This document shows, piece by piece, positions 36,877-46,569 of a DNA stretch of 64,000 bases (positions are counted from its first letter, which is position 1; each line of letters begins with the position of its first letter). A program made the position numbers and the translations under genes. The DNA comes from Gemmatimonadaceae bacterium (lineage in GTDB: Bacteria > Gemmatimonadota > Gemmatimonadetes > Gemmatimonadales > Gemmatimonadaceae): contig JBJMOW010000006.1 in the NCBI GenBank assembly GCA_045803545.1, positions 1-64,000 of the forward strand. Direction: 5' to 3'. A model generated the notes under the pieces. That model made no database searches, had not been told where the DNA came from, and worked only from the letters and a program-made list of their open reading frames with translations.

Positions 36877-38694
36877 CTTAGCCTTCAGGTGGTCGCCCGC
36901 TCTCCTGTTTCTCCCCGGCACCTTGGCGTCGAGTACCACATCGCGCAGCATCGCGCCGAGCTGCGCCGCAGTGGGGCGCTCCTCCGGCTCCTTCCTCATC
37001 GCGCTGGTTACTGCGATCTCGAGCTTTGGATACGCGTCAGGAATCAGGCTGCTCAGCGGACGGGCTTTCTCCATCGCATGGATCCGCATTAACGACATGT
37101 GACCGCCGCCCTTGCTGGCGGTATCGAATGGGAGTTGCCCGGAAACCATCTCGTAAATCATCACTCCAACGGCATACACATCCGCCCGCCCATCGTACGG
37201 CAGATTGAACACTCGTTCGGGCGCCATATAGGCGGGGGTGCCAAGAAAAACCCCTGACAGCGTGGTCGTTTGCGCGCCGGGCAGCTCGGATTCGTCGGTG
37301 AGCTTCGCGATGCCGAAGTCGATCACCTTCACCACGTGCTCGCCCTCATTGGTCGCGTGCAGGAACACGTTGCTCGGCTTGATGTCGCGATGGACGATGC
37401 CCGCTGCGTGCGCCTGGGCCAGCGCATCGCACACACAGTAAGCAATCTCCGCTGCGCGCAGCTGCGGCAGGCTTCCCACGCGCTTCAGCTCCTGCGCCAG
37501 AGAATGTCCTTCCAGCAATTCCATCACGAGATAGGCGAGGCTGCCCGCTGAGACATCGAAATCGAGCACACTCACAGCGTTCGGGTGATTCACCCGACAC
37601 GCCGAGATTCCCTCGAGACGGAAGCGGTCGAGACTCTCGACGCCTTCACGGCCGACTGCGGGACGGAAAATCTTGATCGCCACCGGATGGTGCAACAGGA
37701 TGTGCTCGCCGCGGTACACTGTGCCGAATCCACCAGACCCGATCTTGACGCCGATGCGGTACTTCTCGTCGAGGACGTGACCCGGCAGTGCTTCAGACAA
37801 CGCCGAGAAAATCTGCTCGGTCCGTTTGGCAGTTCTGACGTTCTCGGCGCGCGATTCGGCGAGTAACTGATTCTTCATCACGAGCTCGGCGTTTTTCCGC
37901 TCGAGCTCGTCGGTGCGCAGCGATATCAGCCGGCGTTGCAGGAAGTGGCCGCGTGCGTAGCGCCACATCGAGTAGTTGGCAACAAATCCGAGCACAGCCA
38001 TGCCAAGCAAAAATCCGGTATTGCTGCCGACAATTGTCGGCGGCTGTTGATGTATCAACACCGCGGCAATTGGATAAATCGCAATGGTGGATAGCGCGAT
38101 CGCGATCCCGTAGGGCACGCTCAGTCGCACCAGCGCGAACGCATAGACGATCACCATGAACAGCCCGATGTCGTAAAGGCTGCTCAAGGGCTGCGGTGTG
38201 ATCGCCGCCATCCAGACTATGCCGACCTGGGCGATGATGATGACACCCGTCAGCGCCAGGTCGCGGAAGCGTTTGAAGTGCCGACTGTAACTGAACCAGA
38301 GCGCGAGCATCGCTGCGGGCGCTACGACGAGATAGTGAATCATCCAGATGGTGGTTCGCTGCAATGGCGCTAGCCAGAAATCGACGATGCCATAGACGCC
38401 GTACAGCACCGCACCGACGACGAGCGCCAGTCGCACCTGCGTCAGCGTGCGCATGAAATATTCTTCCTGAAATTCGCGCTCCAGATCCCCGTCCTCAAAC
38501 CGCAGGGTGACGGGATGCATCCCGACATCGATATCGCCGTCGGCCGCGTTGTCAAAACGCAGCCAGTCTTCGCGAATCGCCGTAATCGGACGTGACCCGC
38601 TCGAGAAGAGCGAAGGCGCCGGCGGTTTCACCGGCGGCCGGTAGTCCAGCGTCATCGATTCGGTTGTGTCGCGTTCAGTTGTGACCAGACTCAT
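36868..38694 (-). CDS. membrane-anchored Hanks-type Ser/Thr protein kinase; start uncertain
   Basis: GSGGFG, VAIK, HRDIKPSN, DFG, GTPAYMAPE, DVYAVG; about 6 N-terminal TM helices and a coiled-coil linker. Confidence 0.93.
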   Translation of the reverse strand: MSLVTTERDTTESMTLDYRPPVKPPAPSLFSSGSRPITAIREDWLRFDNAADGDIDVGMHPVTLRFEDGDLEREFQEEYFMRTLTQVRLALVVGAVLYGVYGIVDFWLAPLQRTTIWMIHYLVVAPAAMLALWFSYSRHFKRFRDLALTGVIIIAQVGIVWMAAITPQPLSSLYDIGLFMVIVYAFALVRLSVPYGIAIALSTIAIYPIAAVLIHQQPPTIVGSNTGFLLGMAVLGFVANYSMWRYARGHFLQRRLISLRTDELERKNAELVMKNQLLAESRAENVRTAKRTEQIFSALSEALPGHVLDEKYRIGVKIGSGGFGTVYRGEHILLHHPVAIKIFRPAVGREGVESLDRFRLEGISACRVNHPNAVSVLDFDVSAGSLAYLVMELLEGHSLAQELKRVGSLPQLRAAEIAYCVCDALAQAHAAGIVHRDIKPSNVFLHATNEGEHVVKVIDFGIAKLTDESELPGAQTTTLSGVFLGTPAYMAPERVFNLPYDGRADVYAVGVMIYEMVSGQLPFDTASKGGGHMSLMRIHAMEKARPLSSLIPDAYPKLEIAVTSAMRKEPEERPTAAQLGAMLRDVVLDAKVPGRNRRAGDHLKAKAD

Positions 38695-38997
38695 CGACTC
38701 TCGGGTGGCGCGTATTGCGGCGCGAAAAGAATGGCGTCGGACGCGGACGCGCGCAACCAGATGTTCAGGGTCTACGTCACGTGACGTATTCAACGCGCGT
38801 CGAGGTCGCGCGAGGTTCTACCAACGCTACGGCCTAAACCGCTTGCGCGCCCAATAAACCAGAAACCGCAGGGACAGCGACGATGACTCCGAGTCCGACG
38901 AAGGCAGAGATTACCTGGCGCGTCTGGCTAACGGGATTTCTGCGCACCTGTTCGAGTATCGCGATCGCGGCCGCAGTAAGCGTATTGACCACACGCA

Positions 38998-39360
38998 CTA
39001 CCTTATAGTATGCGCGACGAGCGCTGCGCCGGCCGCGGTGCCGATCGCGTCCCACGTCAGATCGCGAACGCTGAACAGGTTGCCCGGGACGCGCATATCG
39101 TGGAGCTCGCGACCGAGGCCGACAGCCATCGAAAAGCCGATTGCACCCGCCATCGCGGAACTGTGATTGGCGCGCCCGAGCTGGAGCGCGCTGTACGAGA
39201 CACTGGTGAGGAATGCAGACATGAAGAAGTGTTTGACTTTGTCGATCCCGAACCACGGGTCCGGATGCGACGACTTCTTCACGCCTTGCGCAACCAACGC
39301 GTTACTTGCGAGCACAAGTCCGACGGCCACGCCGCAAGCGACACGCTGGGATCGGGTCAA
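38998..39360 (-). CDS. YfiM/DUF2279-like small membrane protein
   Basis: DPWFGIDKVKHF, GRELHD, FSVRDLTWD motifs. Confidence 0.8.
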   Translation of the reverse strand: MTRSQRVACGVAVGLVLASNALVAQGVKKSSHPDPWFGIDKVKHFFMSAFLTSVSYSALQLGRANHSSAMAGAIGFSMAVGLGRELHDMRVPGNLFSVRDLTWDAIGTAAGAALVAHTIR

Positions 39361-39854
39361 CGGCGTCTCAACGTGATCTCGCCGGCTGGAATGCCACCCG
39401 GGTCGATGCCATAGATGCGAGGAAATAGCCAGACGGCGTAGCGCCCGTTTGGCAATGAATCACCGAGCACATCGAGCGCGCTGAATCCGATGAACCGTGA
39501 TGTCACTCTCGCACGCGGACCCAGCAATGCCTCGAGCTCGAACGGAACGCACGCGGGCGACGTGAAATCCCTGCGCATCTGCCGGATCGAATCCATAACC
39601 GCGTAGTCCCAGCTTCCGTGGTACGCGCCAGCCACACTCGACACCTGGGTCAGTCTCACCGTATTCCTCGGTGGACATTTCATGAACCCGACATCGCGCG
39701 CGCGATTCAGCTCATTGACGATGGTGAGCCTCGTGATGATCGAATCCCCACTGCGCTCGACCGCACCGAGCACTCGCGTTCCCGTCGCCGGCTCTGGCCT
39801 CCCCGTATGACAAGCCAGCGCGATCACGCATCCAACCAGAGCCAGCGCTCTCAC
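39357..39854 (-). CDS. hypothetical lipoprotein
   Basis: GTG start overlapping the topoisomerase stop (GTGA); hydrophobic stretch and lipobox ALAC. Confidence 0.65.
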   Translation of the reverse strand: MRALALVGCVIALACHTGRPEPATGTRVLGAVERSGDSIITRLTIVNELNRARDVGFMKCPPRNTVRLTQVSSVAGAYHGSWDYAVMDSIRQMRRDFTSPACVPFELEALLGPRARVTSRFIGFSALDVLGDSLPNGRYAVWLFPRIYGIDPGGIPAGEITLRRR

Positions 39855-40864
39855 TCGCGCCTCAGCTCCTTGCGCCGCTCCGGAAAATATTCGTCGAGAA
39901 ACGTGATCAGCGCCTCTTCCTCCGGCGCGTGGCCGACTCCATTCGAGGACACGAGATGCTTTGGCAGGGCGATGGTGGTGCCGCTCCGCAGATATTTCAT
40001 CACCACCACTGGGTGCACGTATGATTTCCGCGCGATCGCTGGCGTATTGCCCAATTCTGCAGCGACGAGGCGAACCGCTGTAACCACATTCTTCTTTCGC
40101 TCGTTCTGGCTCTTTCCCTTCCCCAGCTCGGCCAGCACAGTCGCGGCGCGTAACGTTCCGCCCCACGTGCGGAAATCCTTCGCCGTATATGGAAACTCCG
40201 CGATCTTCTCGATGTAGTCGTTCACGTCCAGCGAATCGACGTTCTGCCATTTGCCCTCCGCATCGAGATAACGAAAAAGCCTGGGGCCGGGCGTCTTCAA
40301 TAGCGCGGAGACGAATCGGGCCAGGTCTTTAGCGACGACAACGTTCCTTTGCGTGATCGAGCGCTTGCCCCTGTACTCGAATTCAACGGTATCGCGTACC
40401 ACCTTCACGTGAGACTTCCGCATCGTAGTGATGCCGAAGGTGTTGTTCTCCTTCTGATAGCGCTCGCTCCCTACGCGAAAGAACCCGTGCGCAATCAAAC
40501 TGACGATCCCCGCGCAGACTTTCTCCTGGCCGAGTCCTCGGCGGCGGAAGTCGCGGTTGATCCGCGCGCGCAGGCGAGGTAGGTCACGCGCCATCTGCCG
40601 CACGCGATAGTATTTGCGCAGCTCGCCCTTCTCGACGGCGCGGGGATGATACTTGTACTGCTTGCGTCCCCGATCGTCGAAGCCCCACACCTGAATGGCA
40701 GCGCGCGGATTGGTCGAGACGTGCACATCTCGCCAGGCCGGAGGAATGCGCAGCGCGTCGATTCGCTCAAGCAGCGCACGATCCTTCACGACCGTTCCAG
40801 TCGGCGATTTATAGCGGAACCCCTTCGCTTTCGAGCCGTCGCGTACAATCCACTTCTGCGCCAT
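39851..40864 (-). CDS. DNA topoisomerase IB (bacterial, poxvirus-like)
   Basis: IPPAWRDV, GRKQYKYH, FRVGSERY, FEYRGK, TAKDFRTW, LGNTPAIARKSY; GGAGG RBS. Confidence 0.95.
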   Translation of the reverse strand: MAQKWIVRDGSKAKGFRYKSPTGTVVKDRALLERIDALRIPPAWRDVHVSTNPRAAIQVWGFDDRGRKQYKYHPRAVEKGELRKYYRVRQMARDLPRLRARINRDFRRRGLGQEKVCAGIVSLIAHGFFRVGSERYQKENNTFGITTMRKSHVKVVRDTVEFEYRGKRSITQRNVVVAKDLARFVSALLKTPGPRLFRYLDAEGKWQNVDSLDVNDYIEKIAEFPYTAKDFRTWGGTLRAATVLAELGKGKSQNERKKNVVTAVRLVAAELGNTPAIARKSYVHPVVVMKYLRSGTTIALPKHLVSSNGVGHAPEEEALITFLDEYFPERRKELRRE

Positions 40865-40908
40865 TTACCTCCGCACCCGTCCAACCATTCTGCATAGATT
40901 TGAGCAGT

Positions 40909-40980
40909 CCCGCTTCCGCTTCCCGCTTCCCGCTTCCCGCTTCCCGCTTCCCGCTTCCCGCTTCCCGCTTCCCGCTTCCC
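40909..40980. repeat. heptamer tandem array (CCCGCTT)n
   Basis: Eight consecutive perfect units at 40922-40977, preceded by one perfect and one 6-nt unit. Confidence 0.97.
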
Positions 40981-41024
40981 TCATCCCGCAGATTTCCGGC
41001 AAATCTACCGACTAACACATCCCG

Positions 41025-41804
41025 ATGCCGTTCGAATTCCTGAAGCTCGACGTCGCCCATCGCGTCGCCACCCTCACCATCAATCGTGCCGACAAGCTCA
41101 ACGCGCTCAACGACGCGACCATCGCCGAGCTCGGCCACGCTATCGATCAGATCCGTGTTGACGATTCGATCGGCGGCGTGATTCTCACCGGAGCTGGCCG
41201 TGCGTTCGTCGCCGGCGCCGACATCTCTGAGCTCTCTTCGCAATCTCCCGTACTCGGCAAGGCACGTGCGCGCGCGGGGCAGGATGTCTTCCGTCGCTTC
41301 GAGACGTGCCCAAAGCCAGTGATCGCAGCCGTCAACGGTTTCGCGCTCGGCGGCGGGTGCGAGCTGGCGATGGCTTGTCACGTCAGAATCGCCAGCGACG
41401 CTGCGAAGTTCGGTCAGCCGGAGAGCAAACTCGGTATTCTCCCTGGCTACGGAGGCAGCCAGCGTTTGCCACGTCTAGTTGGCAAAGGCCGCGCGCTGCA
41501 GCTGCTGATGACCGGCGAGATGATTGACGCCGCAGAGGCGTATCGGATCGGCCTCGTCAACAAAGTAGTCCCTGCGGCGCAGCTGATGGATGAAGCGCGT
41601 AACATGTTGAAGGCAATCCTCGCCAACGGACCGCTTGCTGTCGCGCTTTGCATCGAGGCGATCGATCGCGGTCTCGAGATGTCGCTCGATGAGGGCTTGA
41701 TCCTTGAAGCGAACCACTTCGGCCTTCTCGCTGCGACGGAAGACATGCGCGAAGGCATGAAGGCGTTCATGGAAAAGCGGGCAGCGAAGTTCAAGGGGAA
41801 GTGA
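41025..41804 (+). CDS. enoyl-CoA hydratase/crotonase family protein
   Basis: AFVAGADI, VNGFALGGGCELAMAC, FGQPE..LGILPGYGG. Confidence 0.95.
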   Translation: MPFEFLKLDVAHRVATLTINRADKLNALNDATIAELGHAIDQIRVDDSIGGVILTGAGRAFVAGADISELSSQSPVLGKARARAGQDVFRRFETCPKPVIAAVNGFALGGGCELAMACHVRIASDAAKFGQPESKLGILPGYGGSQRLPRLVGKGRALQLLMTGEMIDAAEAYRIGLVNKVVPAAQLMDEARNMLKAILANGPLAVALCIEAIDRGLEMSLDEGLILEANHFGLLAATEDMREGMKAFMEKRAAKFKGK

Positions 41805-42976
41805 GCACAGCAATCGAAGCAGACACTGCGCAGGGCGACACCGCGACCAGCGAAGAACGGATCAGACTCAACCACGTTTCGATTCGCGACTTTCGTAATC
41901 TGGAGCGAGTCGAGCTCGATTTGCCGGCCGAGGGAGCCGTGATCGTCGGCGACAACGGTCACGGCAAGACCAACTTCCTCGAGGCAGTTTACTATCTCCA
42001 GATCCTTCGCTCGTTCCGGGATGCGCGCGATCAGGATCTCACCCGTTTTGATACCGCTGGTTTCCACGTCGCCGCGCACGCCCTTACCCCTTCTGCTCAC
42101 GACATAGCAATCGGGTTTGACCGCACCACAAAGCGGAAAAAAGTCTCCCTCGATGGCGGCGAATCGAGACGGCTGAGCGATGCACTGGGCGCACTTCCTT
42201 CAGTACTCTTTTCACCCCGCGACGTCGAGCTGGTGAGCGGTTCGCCGGCTGAGCGCAGGCGGTATCTCGATCTCGTTCTCGCGCTGACCGATCGGCGATA
42301 TCTGCACGCGCTCCAGCACTATCGCGCGAATCTCGCCCGGCGCAATGCTGCGCTGCGCATCGCCGGGAAGCGCGCGTCGACCTACGAAGAAGTCGCGATA
42401 TGGGAGCCTGCGCTCGCAGAGCATGGATCGATTTTGATCGAGACACGCGCACGCTGGGTGGATGAGCACACCGCGGAGTTCACTCGCCTCGCCGAGCGAA
42501 TCGGCGAGCAAGGCCGCGCCGAGATGCACTACTCTTCGCCATTCGCCGACGCCGAAGCGAGGCGCGATGTGCTGCTCGCCGCGTTCGATGAAAAACGCGC
42601 GCTCGATATGCGGCGAGGCCTCACTCACGTCGGCCCACACCGCGACGATCTGGAGATCACGCTCGATCGCCGCGATCTGAGAATGTTCGGCTCCGCCGGT
42701 CAACAACGCTCCGCTGCGATTGCACTACGGATGCTGGAGGCCGCGACGCTACGCGGGAAAGCCGGCGCGGAGCCGCTGCTCTTGCTGGACGATCCCTTTG
42801 CGGAGCTCGACATCCATCGCGCTGGCAAAATCCTCGTCATGCTCGAAGAGCGCGGACTCGGTCAAACGATTCTGGTTGTGCCCCGGGAAGCCGACATTCC
42901 CGCCGGCTTGATGCGCCTCGACCGACTGACCATTCAGAATGGGGCGATTAAGCCGTTGTTGCCGCCGAGAACTTGA
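41801..42976 (+). CDS. recF: DNA replication/repair protein RecF
   Basis: DFRN, GDNGHGKTN, GSPAERRRYLD, GPHRDDL, SAGQQR, LLLDD..AELD. Confidence 0.96.
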   Translation: MSTAIEADTAQGDTATSEERIRLNHVSIRDFRNLERVELDLPAEGAVIVGDNGHGKTNFLEAVYYLQILRSFRDARDQDLTRFDTAGFHVAAHALTPSAHDIAIGFDRTTKRKKVSLDGGESRRLSDALGALPSVLFSPRDVELVSGSPAERRRYLDLVLALTDRRYLHALQHYRANLARRNAALRIAGKRASTYEEVAIWEPALAEHGSILIETRARWVDEHTAEFTRLAERIGEQGRAEMHYSSPFADAEARRDVLLAAFDEKRALDMRRGLTHVGPHRDDLEITLDRRDLRMFGSAGQQRSAAIALRMLEAATLRGKAGAEPLLLLDDPFAELDIHRAGKILVMLEERGLGQTILVVPREADIPAGLMRLDRLTIQNGAIKPLLPPRT

Positions 42977-43116
42977 GGACTGAGGCCTCGTGACCAACTG
43001 CATCGATCATCGAGGACGAATCGAGGAGCGATGACAATTCCGAACTGCCCGCAGTTGTCAGCAATTCTCACTTAGTCCTCGATGATCGATGCACTTAGTC
43101 ATCAGCCCTCAGTCCT
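42976..43116. repeat. 141-bp palindromic element, copy B
   Basis: Perfect 19-bp IR 42999-43017 / 43075-43093 inside a longer imperfect IR; begins in the recF stop codon. Confidence 0.92.
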
Positions 43117-43201
43117 AACGCTCCCCCAACCCGCCCGCCAAATTTTCATACCCGTCTTTGCCACTACTATTAAGTAGTCTCTCACCGATCGGAGGCCGAG
43201 C

Positions 43202-43732
43202 ATGTCCGCAGAGCGCAAGAACGAACACGGCTACAAGGCGCGATTGATCTGGGATGGAAATCTTGGCGATGGTACTTCGACCTACGGCGGGTATGGTCGA
43301 AAATATCGGGTGCAGATCGACGGCAAGCCCGAGCTCAAAGGCAGCGCTGACCCAATGTTCCGCGGCGATCGAGATGCGTATAACCCCGAAGATCTCTTCG
43401 TTGCTTCGCTTTCTGCCTGTCACCTGCTCTCTTATCTCGCGCTTTGCGCGCGCAGCAAGATCAACGTTGTCGCTTATGAGGACGACGCGAGTGGTGTTCT
43501 GAAGCTGCGCCCGGACGGCGGCGGCAGCTTCGAGAGCGTGATCCTGCGCCCGGTGGTGACGATCACGCCCGAGAGCGACGAACGTCGCGCGATGGAGCTG
43601 CACGAGACGGCGCACGACCTCTGTTTCATCGCGGCGTCGGTGTCGATCCCGGTGCAGCACGAGCCGCAGATCAGGATCGCTGATTCGTCCATGACGACCC
43701 AGAAGTCAGCGGAGCCCGAAGCAAGAGCCTGA
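43202..43732 (+). CDS. OsmC family protein
   Basis: GSADPMFRGD, NPEDLFVASLSACH, AHDLCFIAASV; GGAGG RBS. Confidence 0.93.
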   Translation: MSAERKNEHGYKARLIWDGNLGDGTSTYGGYGRKYRVQIDGKPELKGSADPMFRGDRDAYNPEDLFVASLSACHLLSYLALCARSKINVVAYEDDASGVLKLRPDGGGSFESVILRPVVTITPESDERRAMELHETAHDLCFIAASVSIPVQHEPQIRIADSSMTTQKSAEPEARA

Positions 43733-43763
43733 TTCAAGCTACGACTGCCGCAGGAAGAGCGCG

Positions 43764-44747
43764 GTGACTGCCCTCGCCGGGATCTTCGCGATCCCCCTCG
43801 CGTACCTCGCGGTCCTCATCGTGCTCGCCGTCAAACGCGACCCGCGAGGCATCGTGGTGAGCCTCGTTCTCTTCCTTGCTGCCCTTGCCAGCGGGTGGTG
43901 GTCGATCACGCAGTCCCGCGCGTCCACGGCCGGAATCGGGTTTCTATTCTTGCCGATGGCAGCTGCGCTCTCTGGTTTCCTCGCTCTCGGCTTCGGTCGC
44001 TGGCGAGTTTCGGCCGAGCCTCCGCTGAAAGTGGTGGCGTGGGCGGCGCTCACCTTCGCGCTGGTCATTGTCGCCCTGAACATTCGCGAGGGTGCGCGAA
44101 CGATTGCGAAGAACAAAACGCGCGACGCTTACCAGGAGAATTTCTCCGCACAGATTGCGCGCGATCGAGATTCGATTGCCACCGCGCTGACGGCAAATCC
44201 CGGCCGCGCAAGACTGTGGCTGGACAGCGCCATTCGGGCGCACATGAATGACCAGCCCTTTCTGCTGGCCGCTCTGCCCAACGATTCGATCTCGCCGGAC
44301 CTTCTTGATTCGCTCGCCCGTCCGAATGATTTGAACGTAACCTTGGAGGCGCTGCGACATCCGAACACGCGGGCCGAAACACTGGCGCGGATTTATCACA
44401 CTGCGTCCTATCCGGATTACTTCTTTCAGGCGCTGGCGGCGCATCGGAACACGCCGCCGGAGATTTTGCGTGAGCTCTACACCCGGCCGCGAACGATCAC
44501 CGGGCTTGAGATTTGGTTCGCCGGTAATCCATCGACACCGAAAGACATTCTCGTCGACATCGCGGGCAAGACGACAGACCCAAATGTCGTGAACGCTCTA
44601 CTGGCGAACGCCGCAGTCGATTGCCCGACGATGACGGCGCTCGCCAGAAATCTTATGAGAAAACAGAATCGCAGTGCGGATAACCCGAGCGTCGCCACGC
44701 TAACGGAGCGGCTGCCAACGGTGTGCGCCAACGCACCGGCTGGATAA
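43764..44747 (+). CDS. membrane protein with leucine-rich-variant-like helical repeats
   Basis: Four N-terminal TM helices; repeats HPNTRAETL, HRNTPPEIL, NPSTPKDIL. Confidence 0.75.
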   Translation: MTALAGIFAIPLAYLAVLIVLAVKRDPRGIVVSLVLFLAALASGWWSITQSRASTAGIGFLFLPMAAALSGFLALGFGRWRVSAEPPLKVVAWAALTFALVIVALNIREGARTIAKNKTRDAYQENFSAQIARDRDSIATALTANPGRARLWLDSAIRAHMNDQPFLLAALPNDSISPDLLDSLARPNDLNVTLEALRHPNTRAETLARIYHTASYPDYFFQALAAHRNTPPEILRELYTRPRTITGLEIWFAGNPSTPKDILVDIAGKTTDPNVVNALLANAAVDCPTMTALARNLMRKQNRSADNPSVATLTERLPTVCANAPAG

Positions 44748-44750
44748 GCC

Positions 44751-46421
44751 TCAGCCGACTCCGGTTTTGAGCGCTCGCACGGCAACATACTCTGCCTGAT
44801 CCAGGAAGCGCCCAAGCACCGTCAGGCCATCTTCGACCGGGAGTGGATCGCCGAACTCGGACGCGGTTCGGACCACCCGACCGATCTCCTCACGCACAAT
44901 CATGAATTCCCGTCGGAGCGCTGCCTCGGTCCATCCCAGTCGCTGCCGCTGCGCTCCGTGCCGCTCCGAGATCAATCGCTGAATCTCGACCGCGTCAGCC
45001 ATCGTTCCGGAGGGCGAGCCCTGGGCTTCCTCCATAATGACGAGCGCACCGGCAACATCTGCCAGCAGGGATCCGAGATGATCCGCGAGCTGGGAGAATT
45101 TGAGACCGGCGCTCATCGTGACGCTTTCATCCCATCGCAAGCGGTTGACGATCGTTTCGATCAGCGAATCCATCTGCGCGATCAGCACTCGGCCGATGGT
45201 TCCCAGGCCTTCAACTTGTGGCTCCGCCGTGACCGTTTCACTGGCGATCGGTACTGTGCTCTCGACCTCCTTGGCGGTGGGATCCGCTGGTAGCCAGAGT
45301 GTGAACGTCGACCCCTCGCCCAGCTTGCTCTTAACCGTCAGATCCCCGCCCATCAATCGCGCGAGCCGACGACTGATCGTGAGCCCAAGTCCGGTTCCCT
45401 CACGCGAGCGCGCGTGGCCAGTCTCCGCCTGGACAAAAGGATCGAAGATCGAATGCAGTTTCTCTTCGGGGATTCCGCTGCCCGTATCGGTGACGCGGAA
45501 ACTCACATATGTGCGACGAACCTGAAGCTTGGTGTCGGAGTCCGGCGCATGTGAGCTCCGGATCTGCACCCTGATTTTGCCGCCTGGCGCGGTGAACTTC
45601 ACCGCGTTCGACAGCAGATTCACGAGAATCTGGCGAGCGCGCTCGTCATCGCCGCGATAAATCGGCGCGGGCTCCGGCGGTGGAACGACTTCGAGCTGGA
45701 GACTGCGCGCTGCCGCCTGCGGCTGAATGAGCGCCATCGCTGCCGCGAGGGTGCCCACCGCGGAGGCAGGACCTGAGCTGACCTGCAGTCGCCCCGCTTC
45801 GACTTTCGCGAGGTCGAGGATGTCGTTCACGAGTGAGAGCAGATGTGTCGCGCTGACGCGGATCCGGCCGATCTGGTCCCGCATCTTGTCCGTGATCGGG
45901 CCCGCGATCCCCATCTCCAGAAGCTCCGAGTAACCCAGGACCGCATTGAGCGGAGTTCTGAGCTCGTGGGACATTATCGCGAGGAACTCGGACTTCGCCT
46001 TACTAGCTGCCTCCGCTTCGAGTCGCGCTTCGCGCTCGTACGCCAGCTGTTGAGCGCGCTCCTGTGCGTGCTTGCGATCGGTGATGTCGCGCAGCGCAAT
46101 GAGCTGCATTCCCGGCTCGTTGTCCCATTCGGTCTCAACGACACGCAGCTCGGCGTAAACGACACCACCACCACCCCGCTGAACAATGTCGATCTCTGTG
46201 GTCTCTCCGACGACGACTGGAAATCCAAATTCGCTTCCGATGAGGTCTTCGGAGTGTCGATCGAACAGGCGTGCCGCCGCCGGATTGGCAAACCGAATCA
46301 TGCCAATGCGGTCGACGACTACGATCCCGTCTGGCAGGCGCTCGATGATCGCCCGGAGGCTGGATGCTTGGCTGGTTCGCGGCTCGGTCTCGGTTGTCAT
46401 GTTGTCGTCGGACCCCGTCAT
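44751..46421 (-). CDS. cytoplasmic PAS sensor histidine kinase with extra C-terminal helical domain
   Basis: PAS (DGIVVVD..G.IRFANPAA...RDITDRK), H-box SHELRTPL, NLLSNAVKFT, DTGSGI, GTGLGL. Confidence 0.95.
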   Translation of the reverse strand: MTGSDDNMTTETEPRTSQASSLRAIIERLPDGIVVVDRIGMIRFANPAAARLFDRHSEDLIGSEFGFPVVVGETTEIDIVQRGGGGVVYAELRVVETEWDNEPGMQLIALRDITDRKHAQERAQQLAYEREARLEAEAASKAKSEFLAIMSHELRTPLNAVLGYSELLEMGIAGPITDKMRDQIGRIRVSATHLLSLVNDILDLAKVEAGRLQVSSGPASAVGTLAAAMALIQPQAAARSLQLEVVPPPEPAPIYRGDDERARQILVNLLSNAVKFTAPGGKIRVQIRSSHAPDSDTKLQVRRTYVSFRVTDTGSGIPEEKLHSIFDPFVQAETGHARSREGTGLGLTISRRLARLMGGDLTVKSKLGEGSTFTLWLPADPTAKEVESTVPIASETVTAEPQVEGLGTIGRVLIAQMDSLIETIVNRLRWDESVTMSAGLKFSQLADHLGSLLADVAGALVIMEEAQGSPSGTMADAVEIQRLISERHGAQRQRLGWTEAALRREFMIVREEIGRVVRTASEFGDPLPVEDGLTVLGRFLDQAEYVAVRALKTGVG

Positions 46422-46569
46422 TCGGCCAGTAACTCCGTTATAGTTCAGCTGGGGCGGGCGCCTTTTCTGGGATAATCCTTGCTCTACTATTGCAACCGCC
46501 GGGCCCGGCTTGTCCTGGTTAATCCTGGCCTGTTGTATTCATCCACGCCTGCTCAAGGCGGAGGGACTA

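Noticed and set aside
38834..38992. Possible 52-aa membrane peptide downstream of the YfiM-like gene
   Set aside because: GTG start with only a weak RBS and no recognisable family; not supportable from sequence alone.
40809..41381. ORFs with GKREAGS / GGRREAG peptide repeats (also 51933..52439, 50493..50696)
   Set aside because: Translations of the heptamer arrays, overlapping real genes.
42977..43201. Replication origin near recF/dciA/gyrB
   Set aside because: No dnaA/dnaN, no cluster of TTATCCACA-like boxes or AT-rich unwinding element spotted by eye (not a computed scan).
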